Assembly (NCBI GenBank): GCA_046485285.1
Contig: JAWOHE010000002.1
Location: forward strand, 1-56,201
Origin: a bacterium
GTDB taxonomy: Bacteria; Hydrothermota; Tepidihabitantia; Tepidihabitantales; Tepidihabitantaceae
Length of the DNA: 56,201 nt
Direction of reading: 5' to 3'
Numbering within the stretch: the first letter of the stretch is position 1; each line of letters begins with the position of its first letter. The notes under the pieces were generated by a model, which was not told the origin of the DNA, searched no databases, and saw only the letters and a list, made by a program, of their open reading frames with translations. Of this stretch, positions 36,230 to 47,500 are shown one piece after another. Position numbers and translations under genes: made by a program.

Positions 36230-36949
36230 ATGGTCAACCTCAGGCTGATTCTCGAGTTTGACGGCGCCGGATTCCACGGCTGGCAGCGCCAGCCCGACCG
36301 GCCGACGGTCCAGGGCGAGGTCGAACGCGCGGTCGCTGCGGTCGCCGGCCGCCCCGTCACCGTCTATGGTTGTGGCCGGACGGACGCCGGCGTGTCGGCC
36401 CTCAACTACGTCGCGAACTTCCGAACCGACCGCGCGCTTGCGGTCGAGCGCTGGCGACGAGCCCTCGACTACCATCTCCCGCCGGCCATCCACGTCAAGT
36501 CGGTGAGCGAGACCGACCCCGGGTTCCACGCCCGCCACGACGCCCGCGGCAAGCTCTACCGCTACCGGGTGATCCGCGGCCGCTCGCCGCTGCGCCGCGC
36601 CCGTGCCTGGGAGTTGCGCGGCCCGGTTGACCTCGCGCGCGTGCGCCGCGGCGCCGGCGTCTTCGTCGGGACGCACGACTTCCGACCACTCTGCCAGACC
36701 CGGGACCAGTCCGGCACCTGCACCGTCAGCAGTATCGCCGTCACGACGGCGGGCGACGAGATCGAGTTCGCTGTCGTCGGCGACAGGTTCCTGTACAAGA
36801 TGGTCCGGCGCATCGTCGGTGCGGCGGTGACCTACGGCGCCGGCCGGCTAACGCTGGCCGACGTCCGCTCCGCGCTGGCCGGCCGTCCCCATCGGCCGTT
36901 CAGGACCGCGCCGGCGCAGGGCCTGTTGCTCGACTCGGTCGAGTACTGA
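36230..36949 (+). CDS. truA: tRNA pseudouridine(38-40) synthase
   Basis: FDGAGFHGWQRQ, GRTDAGV, FHAR, FLYKMVR. Confidence 0.95.
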   Translation: MVNLRLILEFDGAGFHGWQRQPDRPTVQGEVERAVAAVAGRPVTVYGCGRTDAGVSALNYVANFRTDRALAVERWRRALDYHLPPAIHVKSVSETDPGFHARHDARGKLYRYRVIRGRSPLRRARAWELRGPVDLARVRRGAGVFVGTHDFRPLCQTRDQSGTCTVSSIAVTTAGDEIEFAVVGDRFLYKMVRRIVGAAVTYGAGRLTLADVRSALAGRPHRPFRTAPAQGLLLDSVEY

Positions 36950-36958
36950 CCCGGCCGG

Positions 36959-38227
36959 CTACCTGGCCCGCCCCTCGTAGCGGGCCGCGGCATCGTCGAG
37001 TGCCTGTTGCGGGCTCTTCGCCCCGAGCATCGCCTGCTCGAGCTCCTCGACCAGGGCCTTGCGGCCCGCGAGCCACTTGAGCCCGCGCGGCTCGAAGACC
37101 GCGTGGTCGACCTGGGCAAGGGCATCGCGCAGTCCGGGGGTGCGCTCCAGCCGCTCGACAATCCTCGCGTCGTCCAGGCAGCTACGCCGGACCGGCAGGT
37201 ACCAGGTCGCGAGCGACCACTCGACCTGCTGCTCGGGGCTGATGAACCACCTGATGAACTGCCAGGCCGCCGCCTGCTCGGCCGGCCGGGCCGACCGGAA
37301 CATCCCGATATTGGTCCCGTAGATGATCGCGGCCGGCCGGTCCCAGGTCGGCACCGGCGCCATCCCGACGAGGAAGGTCTCCCGTTCGACCACCGGCGCG
37401 CGCCAGGTCGAACTGCCGGTCAGGCAGGCGATCCCGCCCACCAGGAAGTCGTCCATCGGCGTCCTGCCGACATCTGTGTTCTGCACGCGGTCCTCGAGCA
37501 CCATCTCGACCTGGAACTTGAGCGCCTCGACCCCGGACGGGCGGTTGAATTCCGCCGGCCCGTCCTCGCGGCCGAGAAACCGGCCGCCCTTCTGGAACAG
37601 CATCGACCCGAAGATCCAGATGTCGGTGCCGCCGGCCGCGCCCCAGACCCGCGGGTTCCCGGCCGCGTCGCGCTTCGTCAGCCGTTTCGCCGCCTCGCGG
37701 AACTCCGGCCAGCTTGCCGGGAACTCCTCGTACCCGGCGGACTCATACATCGGCACGTTGTAGTAGTAGACCGGCACGCTCTTGTTGAATGGCAGGGTCA
37801 GCAGCCTGCCGTTCCAGGAGTTGTTCTCAAGCAGCGCCGGGAAGATGTCAAGCAGGTCTTGCTCGCTCAAACCCTCAGGTGCGCTGACGAAGCTGTCCAG
37901 GTAGACGAGCTGCCCGCCGGCCAGAAGCTGTGTGGTCCAGTTCTCATACATCTGGGCAATCGTCGGCGGCTCCTTCGCCGCAACCGCGCCCATCAGTTTC
38001 TGGGCGAGCGCGTCGTAGTTGCCCATCCCGACGAGCTCGATCCGAATCGCCGGGTGCTCGCGCTCGAAGCGCTCGACCAGCGTCTTGAGCGCCTTCTGGG
38101 ACTCACCGCCCATCGCGTGCCAGAAGCGGACGACAACCCGGCCATCCGGCCGGCGGCACCCGCCTGACGCCAGCAGTAGTACAAGCAGGCCGGTAGCCAG
38201 GCGCCGGGCCAGGACGGGTGCGGCCAC
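36959..38227 (-). CDS. ABC transporter substrate-binding lipoprotein (UgpB/sugar class)
   Basis: VRFWHAMGG, LPFNKSVPVYYYN, AAWQFIRW; lipobox-like SGGC; start coupled to upstream stop. Confidence 0.88.
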   Translation of the reverse strand: MAAPVLARRLATGLLVLLLASGGCRRPDGRVVVRFWHAMGGESQKALKTLVERFEREHPAIRIELVGMGNYDALAQKLMGAVAAKEPPTIAQMYENWTTQLLAGGQLVYLDSFVSAPEGLSEQDLLDIFPALLENNSWNGRLLTLPFNKSVPVYYYNVPMYESAGYEEFPASWPEFREAAKRLTKRDAAGNPRVWGAAGGTDIWIFGSMLFQKGGRFLGREDGPAEFNRPSGVEALKFQVEMVLEDRVQNTDVGRTPMDDFLVGGIACLTGSSTWRAPVVERETFLVGMAPVPTWDRPAAIIYGTNIGMFRSARPAEQAAAWQFIRWFISPEQQVEWSLATWYLPVRRSCLDDARIVERLERTPGLRDALAQVDHAVFEPRGLKWLAGRKALVEELEQAMLGAKSPQQALDDAAARYEGRAR

Positions 38228-39042
38228 TAGTCCGCCCCCCGTCCGCAGACCGGGCAACTGCCCGCCGGCCGCACCGGCCGGTCATTCGGCCAGACCCCGC
38301 AATCAAGGTCGAAACCGCCGGCCGAGACATCATGCGGGCAGTGCTGGTACATTGCGTGGAAGCCCTCGAACGTCTGGCAGCCGTCCGACCTGCGCCCGCA
38401 ACCCGGGCAGGAAAACAGCGGCGACACCTCGCTCCCCGCGGACCGCCGGTAACCCTTGTACTCGACCGGCGACCGGCACTCGATGCAGGTTGCGCCTGCC
38501 AGCCGCCGGAAGTTGACCCGCCCGGTCAGACTGGTGCCGGTGCTGGACTCGTCCTCGAACCGGGGCTCCCGCCCGTCGAACCGGGGAACCTGCACGTTGA
38601 GGACGTCGACCATCTCGTAGAACGCCGGCAGTCGGTCAAGCAGCCACCGGCCGGCGTACGACCCGTCGACCGCTGCGCCGACCGGGCCCAGCCGACTCGC
38701 GACTGGTAAAAGGAAGAAGCATATCGCCACCCCGAGCGGCACCCCGACTACCGCGGCCGCCAGCCGGCTTGCCAGCGTCTTGTTCCAGGCCGGACCTTCC
38801 CCGAGGCGCTTGAGGAGCAGCGCGGCCAGGCCCAGGACTCCCGCCGCCAGCGCGGCGCCGACGACCAGCCCGACTGCGGAATTCTCGACCAGGCGCGCGG
38901 CGACGGTGTATCCGACCAGCGCCGCGCCCAGTGCCGCCGCACCCCGCACGATGTCGTTCAGCGCGAAGAACAGTCCGTGGGAGTACTCGGCATAGGCCGC
39001 GAGCGCGACAATCAGCAATACGACCGGGTCGACCGCATTCAC
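38227..39042 (-). CDS. CvpA-like membrane protein with Cys-rich C-terminal domain
   Basis: About four TMs; CIEC...CPGC...C...CPHD...DCGVW...CPVC. Confidence 0.65.
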   Translation of the reverse strand: MNAVDPVVLLIVALAAYAEYSHGLFFALNDIVRGAAALGAALVGYTVAARLVENSAVGLVVGAALAAGVLGLAALLLKRLGEGPAWNKTLASRLAAAVVGVPLGVAICFFLLPVASRLGPVGAAVDGSYAGRWLLDRLPAFYEMVDVLNVQVPRFDGREPRFEDESSTGTSLTGRVNFRRLAGATCIECRSPVEYKGYRRSAGSEVSPLFSCPGCGRRSDGCQTFEGFHAMYQHCPHDVSAGGFDLDCGVWPNDRPVRPAGSCPVCGRGAD

Positions 39043-39120
39043 CTGCGTTGCGCCTTCGTCATGCGTGTGGGTCAAGTCTAGTGTCATCGCGGTCGGCGGT
39101 CAAACGTCGACCGCAGCCTG

Positions 39121-39882
39121 TCAGCGGAATCGGAACAACACCGCCGGATCGAGCGGCGTGCCGTAGCGGCGGACCTCGAAATGCAGGTGCGGTGCGCTCG
39201 AACGGCCGGTCGAACCGACCGTCGCGACCGGCTGGCCCGCGCGCACCGATTCCGCGGGGGCGGCCTGCCAGCCAAGCAGGTGCCCGTAGAACGTCTCGAA
39301 TCCCTCGAGGTGCGCGAGCCACAGGTAGTTGCCGAACACGCTGTCGAGGCCGCGAGCGGTGACCACCCCGTCCGCAGCCGCCCTCACCGGCGTGCCGGCC
39401 CGGGCGGCAAGGTCCACGCCGGGATGTTCCTCGCTGTAGCGCCGGGTGACCGTGAACTCCTCGAGCGGCACGACCGAAGGCACCGGTCGGCTGCCCCACG
39501 AGTCGGCCGCTGCCCACGCGTGCCCCACCGAGTCCCCGGCCGCACCGCTCCAGTCAACCGGCGGCGGCGTCAGGTCTATGCCCAGCATCGCGGCGTAGCG
39601 CCGCTCCATCTCCTCGAGTCGGCCGATCCGCTGACGGAGCTCGGCGACCTTCAGGAACTCGTCCTCGAGCTGGCGGTTGCGTAGTTCGAGGTACGACAGT
39701 CGGGCCGTCCGATAGAAGCCGGCGCGGAGCAGCAGGACGGCCCCGACCGGGAGTACCGCCGCCAGCGCGGCCAGGACAATCAGCACGCGCACGGCCGCGA
39801 GCGAGAACGTCTTGCGGTACGCACGGCTGCTGTAGTTGCTGGTGACGATTACCGAGACCTGCCGTCGGGGCACTGCCGTCAA
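39121..39882 (-). CDS. M23 family metallopeptidase
   Basis: TM, coiled coil, HPGVD, FYGHL, STGRSSAPHLHFE; start inferred from overlap with the parB stop. Confidence 0.88.
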   Translation of the reverse strand: MTAVPRRQVSVIVTSNYSSRAYRKTFSLAAVRVLIVLAALAAVLPVGAVLLLRAGFYRTARLSYLELRNRQLEDEFLKVAELRQRIGRLEEMERRYAAMLGIDLTPPPVDWSGAAGDSVGHAWAAADSWGSRPVPSVVPLEEFTVTRRYSEEHPGVDLAARAGTPVRAAADGVVTARGLDSVFGNYLWLAHLEGFETFYGHLLGWQAAPAESVRAGQPVATVGSTGRSSAPHLHFEVRRYGTPLDPAVLFRFR

Positions 39883-40718
39883 ACGCCGAGGATGAGCCGG
39901 ACCAGGCGCTCGAGGTCCTCCGGGGACACGTAGCGCACGACAATCCGTCCCGGTCCCTGGCCCGCGCACGAGACCTCGACCTTCGTACCGAGCCGCTGCT
40001 CGAGTTGCTCCTCAACTGCCCGGACGTGAACGTCCTTCTGCCGTCTCTCCGGCCCGGTGCGCTCGCGCCGGCCGGCGCACAGCGCTTCGGCCGCCCGGAC
40101 CGAGAGCCCGTCCCGGACGATCCGCTCGGCCAGCTCGACCTGCTCGCGCCGGCTCGCCAGTTGCAGCAGCGCCCGCGCGTGCCCGGCGCTGAGACGGCCG
40201 GCCGCGACCTCGTCGCGCACTTTGAACGGCAGCCCGAGCAGCCTGAGCGCATTGCTGACGGTCGAGCGGTCCCGCCCGACCTTGAGCGCAATCTCCTCCT
40301 GGGTCAGCTTGAACTCGTCCGCAAGCCGCTTGTAGGCCAACGCCTCGTCAATCGCGTTCAGATTCCGGCGCTGGACGTTCTCGACCAGCGCCAGCTCCAG
40401 CATCTCGCCGTCGGTCGCTGCACGCACGACTGCCGGTATCGAAGCCAGTCCGGCCTTGACAGCGGCGCGGAACCGGCGCTCGCCCATCACCAGCTCGTAG
40501 CCGTCGCGGCGGCGCCGGACGACAACCGGCTGCAGCACGCCACGCTCGCGTACGGACGCGACGAGGTTGTCGATGTCCTCCTCGACCTCGCGGCGCGGCT
40601 GGAACGGGTTCGGCCGAATCTCCCCGAGCGGGATTACCCGCGCCTCGGCGGCGAGCGCTTGGCGCGTTTCCTCTGGGATGATAGCCTCGATGCCCTTGCC
40701 CAGCGCCCGTCGCGTCAT
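39879..40718 (-). CDS. parB: Chromosome partitioning protein ParB
   Basis: LGKGIEAII, NPFQPR, GERRFRA, ENVQR. Confidence 0.95.
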   Translation of the reverse strand: MTRRALGKGIEAIIPEETRQALAAEARVIPLGEIRPNPFQPRREVEEDIDNLVASVRERGVLQPVVVRRRRDGYELVMGERRFRAAVKAGLASIPAVVRAATDGEMLELALVENVQRRNLNAIDEALAYKRLADEFKLTQEEIALKVGRDRSTVSNALRLLGLPFKVRDEVAAGRLSAGHARALLQLASRREQVELAERIVRDGLSVRAAEALCAGRRERTGPERRQKDVHVRAVEEQLEQRLGTKVEVSCAGQGPGRIVVRYVSPEDLERLVRLILGV

Positions 40719-41542
40719 CGCGCCTCCCCGCCCACGACTTCTTCGGCCACCACCATCCGCCGGCGCTCGAGCAGCTCGGCCGCGAGTGCCGAGTAGGCCT
40801 GCGCGCCTGCTGACTGCCCGTCGTAGTCGAAGATCGGCTGGCCGAAGCTGGGGGCCTCCGCCAGGCGCACGCTGCGCGGTATCAGCGTCTCGAACACCTG
40901 CTCACCGAAGAACTCCCGGACTTCGTAAGCGACCTGCTGGGCGAGCGTCAGCCGGGCCGAGTACATCGTCAGCACGACGCCCTCGATCTCGAGCCGCGGG
41001 TTCAGCGCTTTGCGGACCCGGTTGACGGTCTCAAGGAGCCGCGAAATCCCCTCAAGGGCGTAGTACTCCGCCTGCACGGGTACCAGCACGCCGTCAGCGG
41101 CGACCAACCCGTTGAGTGTCAGGATGCCCAGCGACGGCGGGCAGTCGATGATGACGAACCGATATCGGTGGTCGACGAGGCCAAGCGCGCGGCCCAGCCG
41201 CGCCTCCCTGTCATCGACGGTGACAAGCTCAACCTCCGCCCCGGCCAGGTTGATCGAGCCCGGCAGAAGGTCCAACCCCTCGGCGCGGTCACGGAGTATC
41301 GCCTCCTCGACGCGCTGCGCCTCGACCAGGGCCTCGTAGACCGAGACACCGAGCCGGGTCCGGTCGACCCCGAGCCCGAGCGTCGCGTGCGCCTGCGGGT
41401 CAAGGTCGACGAGCAGCACCGGGCCAAGCCGCCGGCCGAGCGCGGCGGCGAGGTTGACCGCCGTAGTGGTCTTGCCGACCCCGCCCTTCTGGTTACAGAC
41501 GGCGACGCGGCGTGCCCGCGCGGCGCTCTCGAGGCTGGCCAT
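40715..41542 (-). CDS. parA: ParA/Soj ATPase
   Basis: NQKGGVGKTT, DLDPQ, DCPPSLG, EAPSFG. Confidence 0.95.
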   Translation of the reverse strand: MASLESAARARRVAVCNQKGGVGKTTTAVNLAAALGRRLGPVLLVDLDPQAHATLGLGVDRTRLGVSVYEALVEAQRVEEAILRDRAEGLDLLPGSINLAGAEVELVTVDDREARLGRALGLVDHRYRFVIIDCPPSLGILTLNGLVAADGVLVPVQAEYYALEGISRLLETVNRVRKALNPRLEIEGVVLTMYSARLTLAQQVAYEVREFFGEQVFETLIPRSVRLAEAPSFGQPIFDYDGQSAGAQAYSALAAELLERRRMVVAEEVVGGEAR

Positions 41543-41634
41543 CCCGAGAATCTATCCCGGGCCCGGGTCAAGTCAACAGCCCCGGGCGCCTCAGCCCTTG
41601 ACTTGGCCGGTGCCCGCGGCATCCTGTCTTGGCT

Positions 41635-41994
41635 ATGAAGCCCGACCGCACGTCGCCCGGGGACCCCTTGGTCGTCTTCACGACGTTTCCCGACGTCGAG
41701 GCGGCCGAGCGGCTGGCCCGCCGGCTGGTTTCGTCCCGCCTTGCCGCCTGCGTCCAGGTGCTCGGTCCGGTCAGCAGCAACTACCGCTGGAAGGGACGCG
41801 TCGAGCGGTCGCGCGAGTGGCTCTGCCTGGCCAAGACATCCCGGCTCGGCTACCCGGCGCTCGAGCGCGCGATCCTCCAGGACCATCCCTACGACACGCC
41901 GGAGGTCGTCGCCGTGCCGATAGTCGCCGGCAGCGATGCCTACCTCGGCTGGCTCGCCGCGGCGCTCGAGCCGCGCCCGGCCCGAGCGAGGTAA
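41635..41994 (+). CDS. cutA: Divalent-cation tolerance protein CutA
   Basis: LAACVQ, S.YRWKG, HPYDTPE. Confidence 0.93.
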   Translation: MKPDRTSPGDPLVVFTTFPDVEAAERLARRLVSSRLAACVQVLGPVSSNYRWKGRVERSREWLCLAKTSRLGYPALERAILQDHPYDTPEVVAVPIVAGSDAYLGWLAAALEPRPARAR

Positions 41995-41996
41995 CG

Positions 41997-43634
41997 GTGG
42001 CAGTTCCGCGCTTTGTCGCCGGCCTCGCCGGCCAGGATCTGGCTGCCCGCCGGCGGGCCATCAAGGGCCTGCGCCGCATCGGCAGCGTCGAGGCGGCCGG
42101 CGCCCTCGCGAGCGTCCTGACCGACGCCGACGCCGACATTCGTCGCCTTGCGGCCGAGGCGCTGGCTTCCTTCGGCCCGCTCGCCCGCGAGCCGGTCTGC
42201 GCCCATCTCCGCGACTGGACCGGGCCGCTCGACCCGGCCGTCCTCCGCCTGCTCGGCCGCCTGCGCGGCAGGGTCGCGGCCGAGATGCTCAGCCGGCAGG
42301 TCGCCAGCCGGGACCCGGAGGTCCGCGCGACAGTAGCCGCGGCGTTCGGCGACCTCGCCGCCACGCTCTCCTTCGACCCCCTCGTCGAACTGCTGCGCGA
42401 CCTCGATGTCCGGGTGCGGATGGCGGCAGCCGCTGCGCTCGGAGCGCTGGGCGACCCGCGCGCGGTCGACCCGCTGCTCGACGAGCTCGGCGACGACGAC
42501 CCACAGTCGCGCATCGCTGCCGTCAATGCTCTCGGCCGCGTCGGCAACCTGGAGGCGGCCGAGGCGCTCAGCCGGCTCAGCGGCAGTGACCCGAGCCCGG
42601 AGGTCCGGCGCGCCGCCGAGGCCGCCCTGCGCCGCATCTCCGGGCGCTCAATCGAACCTCTCATCCGCCTGCTCGACAGCGACAACCCGGCCCTGCGGGT
42701 CGAGGCGATGACCGGCCTGCTTGCCCAGGGCAAGGCGGCAATCCTCCCGCTTCGCGACCTGCTCGCCAAAGAGGACCCCGCGTCGCGTTCGGCGGCAATC
42801 GAGCTTCTCGGCATTCTCGGCGACCCGGCTGCGTTGCCCTCGCTCGAGGCCGCCCGGGCCGACCCTGACGCGCGGGTCAGGAAAGATTGCGCTGTGGCGC
42901 TCGGCCGCATTCGTGATCCGCGGAGCGCCGAGTTGCTGGCCCCGATGCTCGACGCCGAGGAAGCGGCAATCGGAGCCGCCGTCGTCGACAGCCTCGAGCG
43001 GCTCGGCGAGACGGCGGTCGACCCGGTCATCCGTCAGCTCGCCAGCGGGCGGGACGAGACGCGCGTCAGGGCAACCGACGTCCTAGGCCGGCTGAGGCAC
43101 AAGGGCGCCTGCGAGCGCCTCATCGCGGGGCTGGGCGACCACACCCAGTGGCTGCGGGTGGTTTCCGCCCAGGCGCTGGGTGAGATTCGCGAGCACCGGG
43201 CCGCGCCCGCACTCATCGCGGCCCTCACCGACCGCGACGCGCTCGTCCGGGCAATGGCCGCCGAGGCGCTGGGCAAGCTCGCCGACCAGCGCGCCTCGTT
43301 CCCGCTCGTCGAGCGGCTGGGCGACCCGAGCGACCTTGTCCGCGCCAACTCGCTCCGCGCACTCGGCCAGATCGGCAACCCGGTTGCCCTGCCCTACCTC
43401 GAGACCGCCCTCGACGACGCCGACCCGGAGGTCCAGATCGCGGCGATCGAGGGCTTGGTCCACCTGCGCTCGACCCGCGTCCTGCCCCGGCTGCGCCGGC
43501 TGGCTCGGTACTGGCCATTCGGTCGCGCCCGGTCCGACGTCCGCCGGGCCGCGAACTGGGCGCTCAGCCGGCTCGAGCCGCTCGAGGCCCTCGGCGAGTC
43601 GGCCAAGCCCGGCGGGGACGACCCGAAGGGCTAG
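41997..43634 (+). CDS. HEAT/PBS-lyase repeat protein
   Basis: Many L.D.D..VR..AA.ALG..GD repeats. Confidence 0.9.
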   Translation: MAVPRFVAGLAGQDLAARRRAIKGLRRIGSVEAAGALASVLTDADADIRRLAAEALASFGPLAREPVCAHLRDWTGPLDPAVLRLLGRLRGRVAAEMLSRQVASRDPEVRATVAAAFGDLAATLSFDPLVELLRDLDVRVRMAAAAALGALGDPRAVDPLLDELGDDDPQSRIAAVNALGRVGNLEAAEALSRLSGSDPSPEVRRAAEAALRRISGRSIEPLIRLLDSDNPALRVEAMTGLLAQGKAAILPLRDLLAKEDPASRSAAIELLGILGDPAALPSLEAARADPDARVRKDCAVALGRIRDPRSAELLAPMLDAEEAAIGAAVVDSLERLGETAVDPVIRQLASGRDETRVRATDVLGRLRHKGACERLIAGLGDHTQWLRVVSAQALGEIREHRAAPALIAALTDRDALVRAMAAEALGKLADQRASFPLVERLGDPSDLVRANSLRALGQIGNPVALPYLETALDDADPEVQIAAIEGLVHLRSTRVLPRLRRLARYWPFGRARSDVRRAANWALSRLEPLEALGESAKPGGDDPKG

Positions 43635-44521
43635 CCGGCCCGGTCCTCGAACAGCGCCCGCGCGTAGGCCTCGGGCTCGAACGGCTCGAGGTCGTCCAGC
43701 GTCTCGCCGGTCCCGACGTAGCGGATCGGTAGCTTGAGCTCGAGCGCAATCGGTATCAATACGCCGCCCCGGGCGGTGCCGTCGAGCTTCGCGACGATGA
43801 GTCCGGTCAGCCCGAGCCGCTCGTGGAACGCCCGGGCCTGGCGCAGGCCGTTCTGGCCGACGGTGGCGTCGAGCACGAGCAGGGTTTCGTCAGGTGCACC
43901 GGCCCGGACCCTGCCCAGCACCTGCTTGATCTTGACCGCCTCCTGCATCAGGTCGGCACGGGTGTGCAGCCGCCCGGCGGTGTCGACAATCACCACGTCG
44001 GCGCCGCGGCTCCGCGCCCGGGTGACAGCGTCGAAGGCCACCGCGGCCGCGTCCTGTCCCTGCCGGGAGCTCACCAACTCGACCCCGGCCCGCTCGGCCC
44101 AGACCGCAAGCTGCTCCGCCGCGGCGTCACGGTAGGTGTCGGCGGCCGCCAGTACGACCCGGCTACCCTCCTGCCGCAGCCGGTGGCAGAGCTTGCCGGT
44201 GGTCGTCGTCTTGCCCGAACCGTTGACCCCGACAATCATCAAAACCCGGGGCGTCACGCCCTCGCCGGCCGGTCCACGCTGGCCCGTTGCCAGTAGCTTC
44301 GCGATCTCCGCTTCGAGCACCGCCCGCCGGTCGCTGCCCGACCGCCGGATCCGCTCGATGAGGATCTCGGTCGCCGCGACCCCGACATCCGCACCCAGGA
44401 GCAGCTCCTCGATCTCCTCGTCGGTCTCGGCGGTCAGCAGGCGCCGGAAGGTGCCCCGGGTCCGGGCGAGGCCGGCGGCGAGCCGGCGCAGGCCGCGGCC
44501 GATGTCCCGGAACGCGGGCAT
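43631..44521 (-). CDS. ftsY: SRP receptor FtsY (NG domain only)
   Basis: GVNGSGKTTT, DTYR, DTAGRLH, AKLDGTARGG. Confidence 0.95.
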   Translation of the reverse strand: MPAFRDIGRGLRRLAAGLARTRGTFRRLLTAETDEEIEELLLGADVGVAATEILIERIRRSGSDRRAVLEAEIAKLLATGQRGPAGEGVTPRVLMIVGVNGSGKTTTTGKLCHRLRQEGSRVVLAAADTYRDAAAEQLAVWAERAGVELVSSRQGQDAAAVAFDAVTRARSRGADVVIVDTAGRLHTRADLMQEAVKIKQVLGRVRAGAPDETLLVLDATVGQNGLRQARAFHERLGLTGLIVAKLDGTARGGVLIPIALELKLPIRYVGTGETLDDLEPFEPEAYARALFEDRAG

Positions 44522-44524
44522 CGG

Positions 44525-47500
44525 TCAGCTGACGGCGGCGCCGACCGCGCTCTCGCGGTAGTCGGCCAGGTTGACCGACACGAGCTTGGAAACACCCGGC
44601 TGCTCGGCGGTGACGCCGAACAGCGAGTCGGCCCGCTCGACCGTCAGCCGGTTGTGGGTGATGATGATGACCTGGGTCTGTTCCGACATCAGCTTGAGGT
44701 AGTCCGCGAACCGGCCGACGTTGGCGTCGTCAAGCGGCGCGTCGATCTCGTCCATGAAGCAGAACGGCGCCGGCTTCACGCGGTAGAACGCGAAGAGCAG
44801 CGACACCGCCAGCAGCGCCTTCTCGCCGTCGGAGAGCTGCTCGAGCCGCTTGGGATTCTTGCCCCGGGGCCGGGCGGTGATCGCTATCTCCGACTCGAGC
44901 GGGTTCTGTTCGTCGACGAGCTCGAGGTCGGCCTCGCCGGCCAGGAACATCTGCCGGAAGATCTCCTTGAAGTGCCCGCGCACCTGGCGGTAGGTCTCGA
45001 GGAAGCGCTCGCGCGCGTGGCGGTCGATCTCGAGCATCGACACGGCAAGGTTGTCGCGGGCGGCAACCACGTCGGCCCGCTGGACGGCAAGCCGCTCAAG
45101 GTCCCGGCGTTCCTGCTCGTACTCGTCGAGCGCCAGCGGGTTCACCTGGCCGAGCGCCTGGATCCGGCGCCGGATCTCGGTGAGCCGGGCCGCGACACTC
45201 TCCTCGGCCGCGGGCTGGAAGTTGGCGACGTCGGTGCCGTACTCCCCGGCCGCCTCCTCGACTATCGCCTTCCGGCGCTGGGCGAGCTCGTGGCGGCGCA
45301 TCCGCTGTTCGAGCAACAACGACTGGTTCCGCTCGCGGGCCCTGCGAAGCTCGGCCAGATTGTACTCGAGTTCCTCCTCGGACCGGACCAGGTCGGCGAC
45401 CGACATCTCGCCGACGCGGGCCTCGAGCCCGACAATCTCCGCGCGCGCCGCGGCAACCTCCGGCGCGAGCGCGGCGTGCTCGGCCGCAAGTCGGGCCGCC
45501 TCCGCGCGTGCCTCCGCCGCCCGGCGCTCGAGGCTCTCGGCCTGCCGTCGCCGCTCCTCGATGTTCTGCCGGATGAAACCCCGCTCGCTCTCGAGCCTGG
45601 CCACCGCCTGCCGGCCCTCGCCGAGCGCGGCGAGCCGCTCGCTCGCCGCGGCCAGCTTGTCTCGGGCCGCCTGCTCGCAGGCGCGGATGCCGTCCTCAAC
45701 CCGGCGCTGGACCCCGGCCTGCTCCTCGACCTGCGCGCTGAGCCCGGCCAGCCGGTCCCGCGCCGCCGCCAGTTCCTGCTCGTTCGCCCGCCGGCCCGCG
45801 CCAGCCCGCGCCAGCTCGTCGCGCAGTCGCTGCTCCTCGCGCTCGACCTCCGCCTGCCGCGCGGCCAGCGTTTCGCTGCGCACCTCGCACGCGCCGCGGC
45901 CCCGCTCCGCCTCAATCAGCCCGGCCCGCGCCTCCTCGAGCGCGCGGTCGAGCTCGACCCGGCCGCGCTCCTGCTCCGCCGCCCGCGCGGTCAGCGCCAC
46001 AAACTCCTCCTCGGCCGCCCTGAGCCCGGCCGCGGACTCGCCCAGCTTGCGCTCGAGCCGGAGCCTGCCACGCGCCGGCCCGGCGACGACATAGCCGCCG
46101 TCCGCAGTCCGGGCGTAGCCGCGCTCGGACACCAACACCCGGCCCGGGAGCCGCCCGGCCAGCGCCTCGAGGTCGGCGTCCTCGCCGACGATCAGCGCCG
46201 AGCCGATGAGCCGCCCGACCGCATCCGGGCAGCCCGGCCGGAGCTTGACGTGCCCGGCTAGCGGGCCCAGCACCGCCGGGTCCTCTCCGTGGGCCGGCTC
46301 GACCGCCGCCTCGCCCGGCGGCAGCAGGCCGCATCCCTGCTCCGGGCCGCGCTCGGCCAGCCGCTCTAGTTCCGCCGCGGCCAGCCGCCCCTCGACAACC
46401 AGGAACCCGAGCACCGGCTGGAGCACCGCTTCGCAGGCCCGCTCCCAGCCCGGGTCGATTTCAAGGCAACTGCCGACCTCGCTCGTCACCCTCTCACCAA
46501 GCTGGTCCCGGGCCGCGGCGAGCAGGTCGGGCACCGCCGAGCGCAGCACCGCCAGCTCCTTCTCGAGCCGCCCGCGCCGGTCCCGGGCGGCCGTCAATGC
46601 CTGGCGGGTCTCGTCGCGCCCGGCCTCGGCAGCGTCGAGCGCGGCCTCGAGCTCGGCCGCCCGCGCCCGCGCCCGCTCGAGCCCGGTCGACGCCTCGGTC
46701 GCGGACGCCCCGGCCTGCTCCCGGTCCGCGCGCATCTGCCCGAGCCGCCCGCGCGTCTCGGCCAGCTCGCGCCGGGCCCGCTCCTCGCTCTCGGCGAGGT
46801 TGCGGTCCACCGCCTCGAGGTACTCGGCCCGGGCCGACGCCTCGCGCCGCCGCTCGAGCAGGCCGTCGAGCGCCTCGCGCACAGACTGGCCGTGGCCGCG
46901 CGCCTCGAACAGCTTCTGCTCGGCCCGCGCCGTCTCCTCCTGCGCCTGCCCGAGCGCGGCCTCGAGCCCGTGCAGTCGGGCATTGGCCTGCTCGAGCCCC
47001 TGCACGGCCCGGTTGAAGCCGGCCTCGAGCTCGGCCAGGCTCCGGGCCAGCTCCTCGCGCTCGCGGTCGGCCCGGGCCGCGTCCGCCTCGAGGAACTCCG
47101 CGCGCTGGCTGGCCGCTAGGTCCCGGTTCTCGAGCTCGGCCAGCCGCCCGCGCCGCTGCCGAACGTCGTCGACGATGACATCCTTCCGACCCTGCATCTC
47201 GCGCACGAGCTCGCGCTGGCGGGCGAGCTCTGTCTCGAGCCGGTGGATGTCGGCCAGTTGCCCGGCCTCGGCCGCCTCCAGCGCCTCGACGTCGCGGTCG
47301 ACCACCCCGACCTCGCGCGCCGCGGAATCGTACTCCTCCTTGAGTTCGAGCAGGCGCAGGTCACGCTCCCCGGCCCGGAGCTTCTCCCACGCCCGCAGCC
47401 GGCCCGACTGGCGCCGGAGCGACCGGACGACCCGCTCGCGCTCGGCGATGATGTCTTCGAGCCGGACGAGGTCGCCCTCGGTCAGCTCGAGCTTCCGCTG

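Noticed and set aside
39121-41634. parS site or replication origin near parAB
   Set aside because: No TGTTTCACGTGAAACA-like palindrome or DnaA-box cluster noticed.
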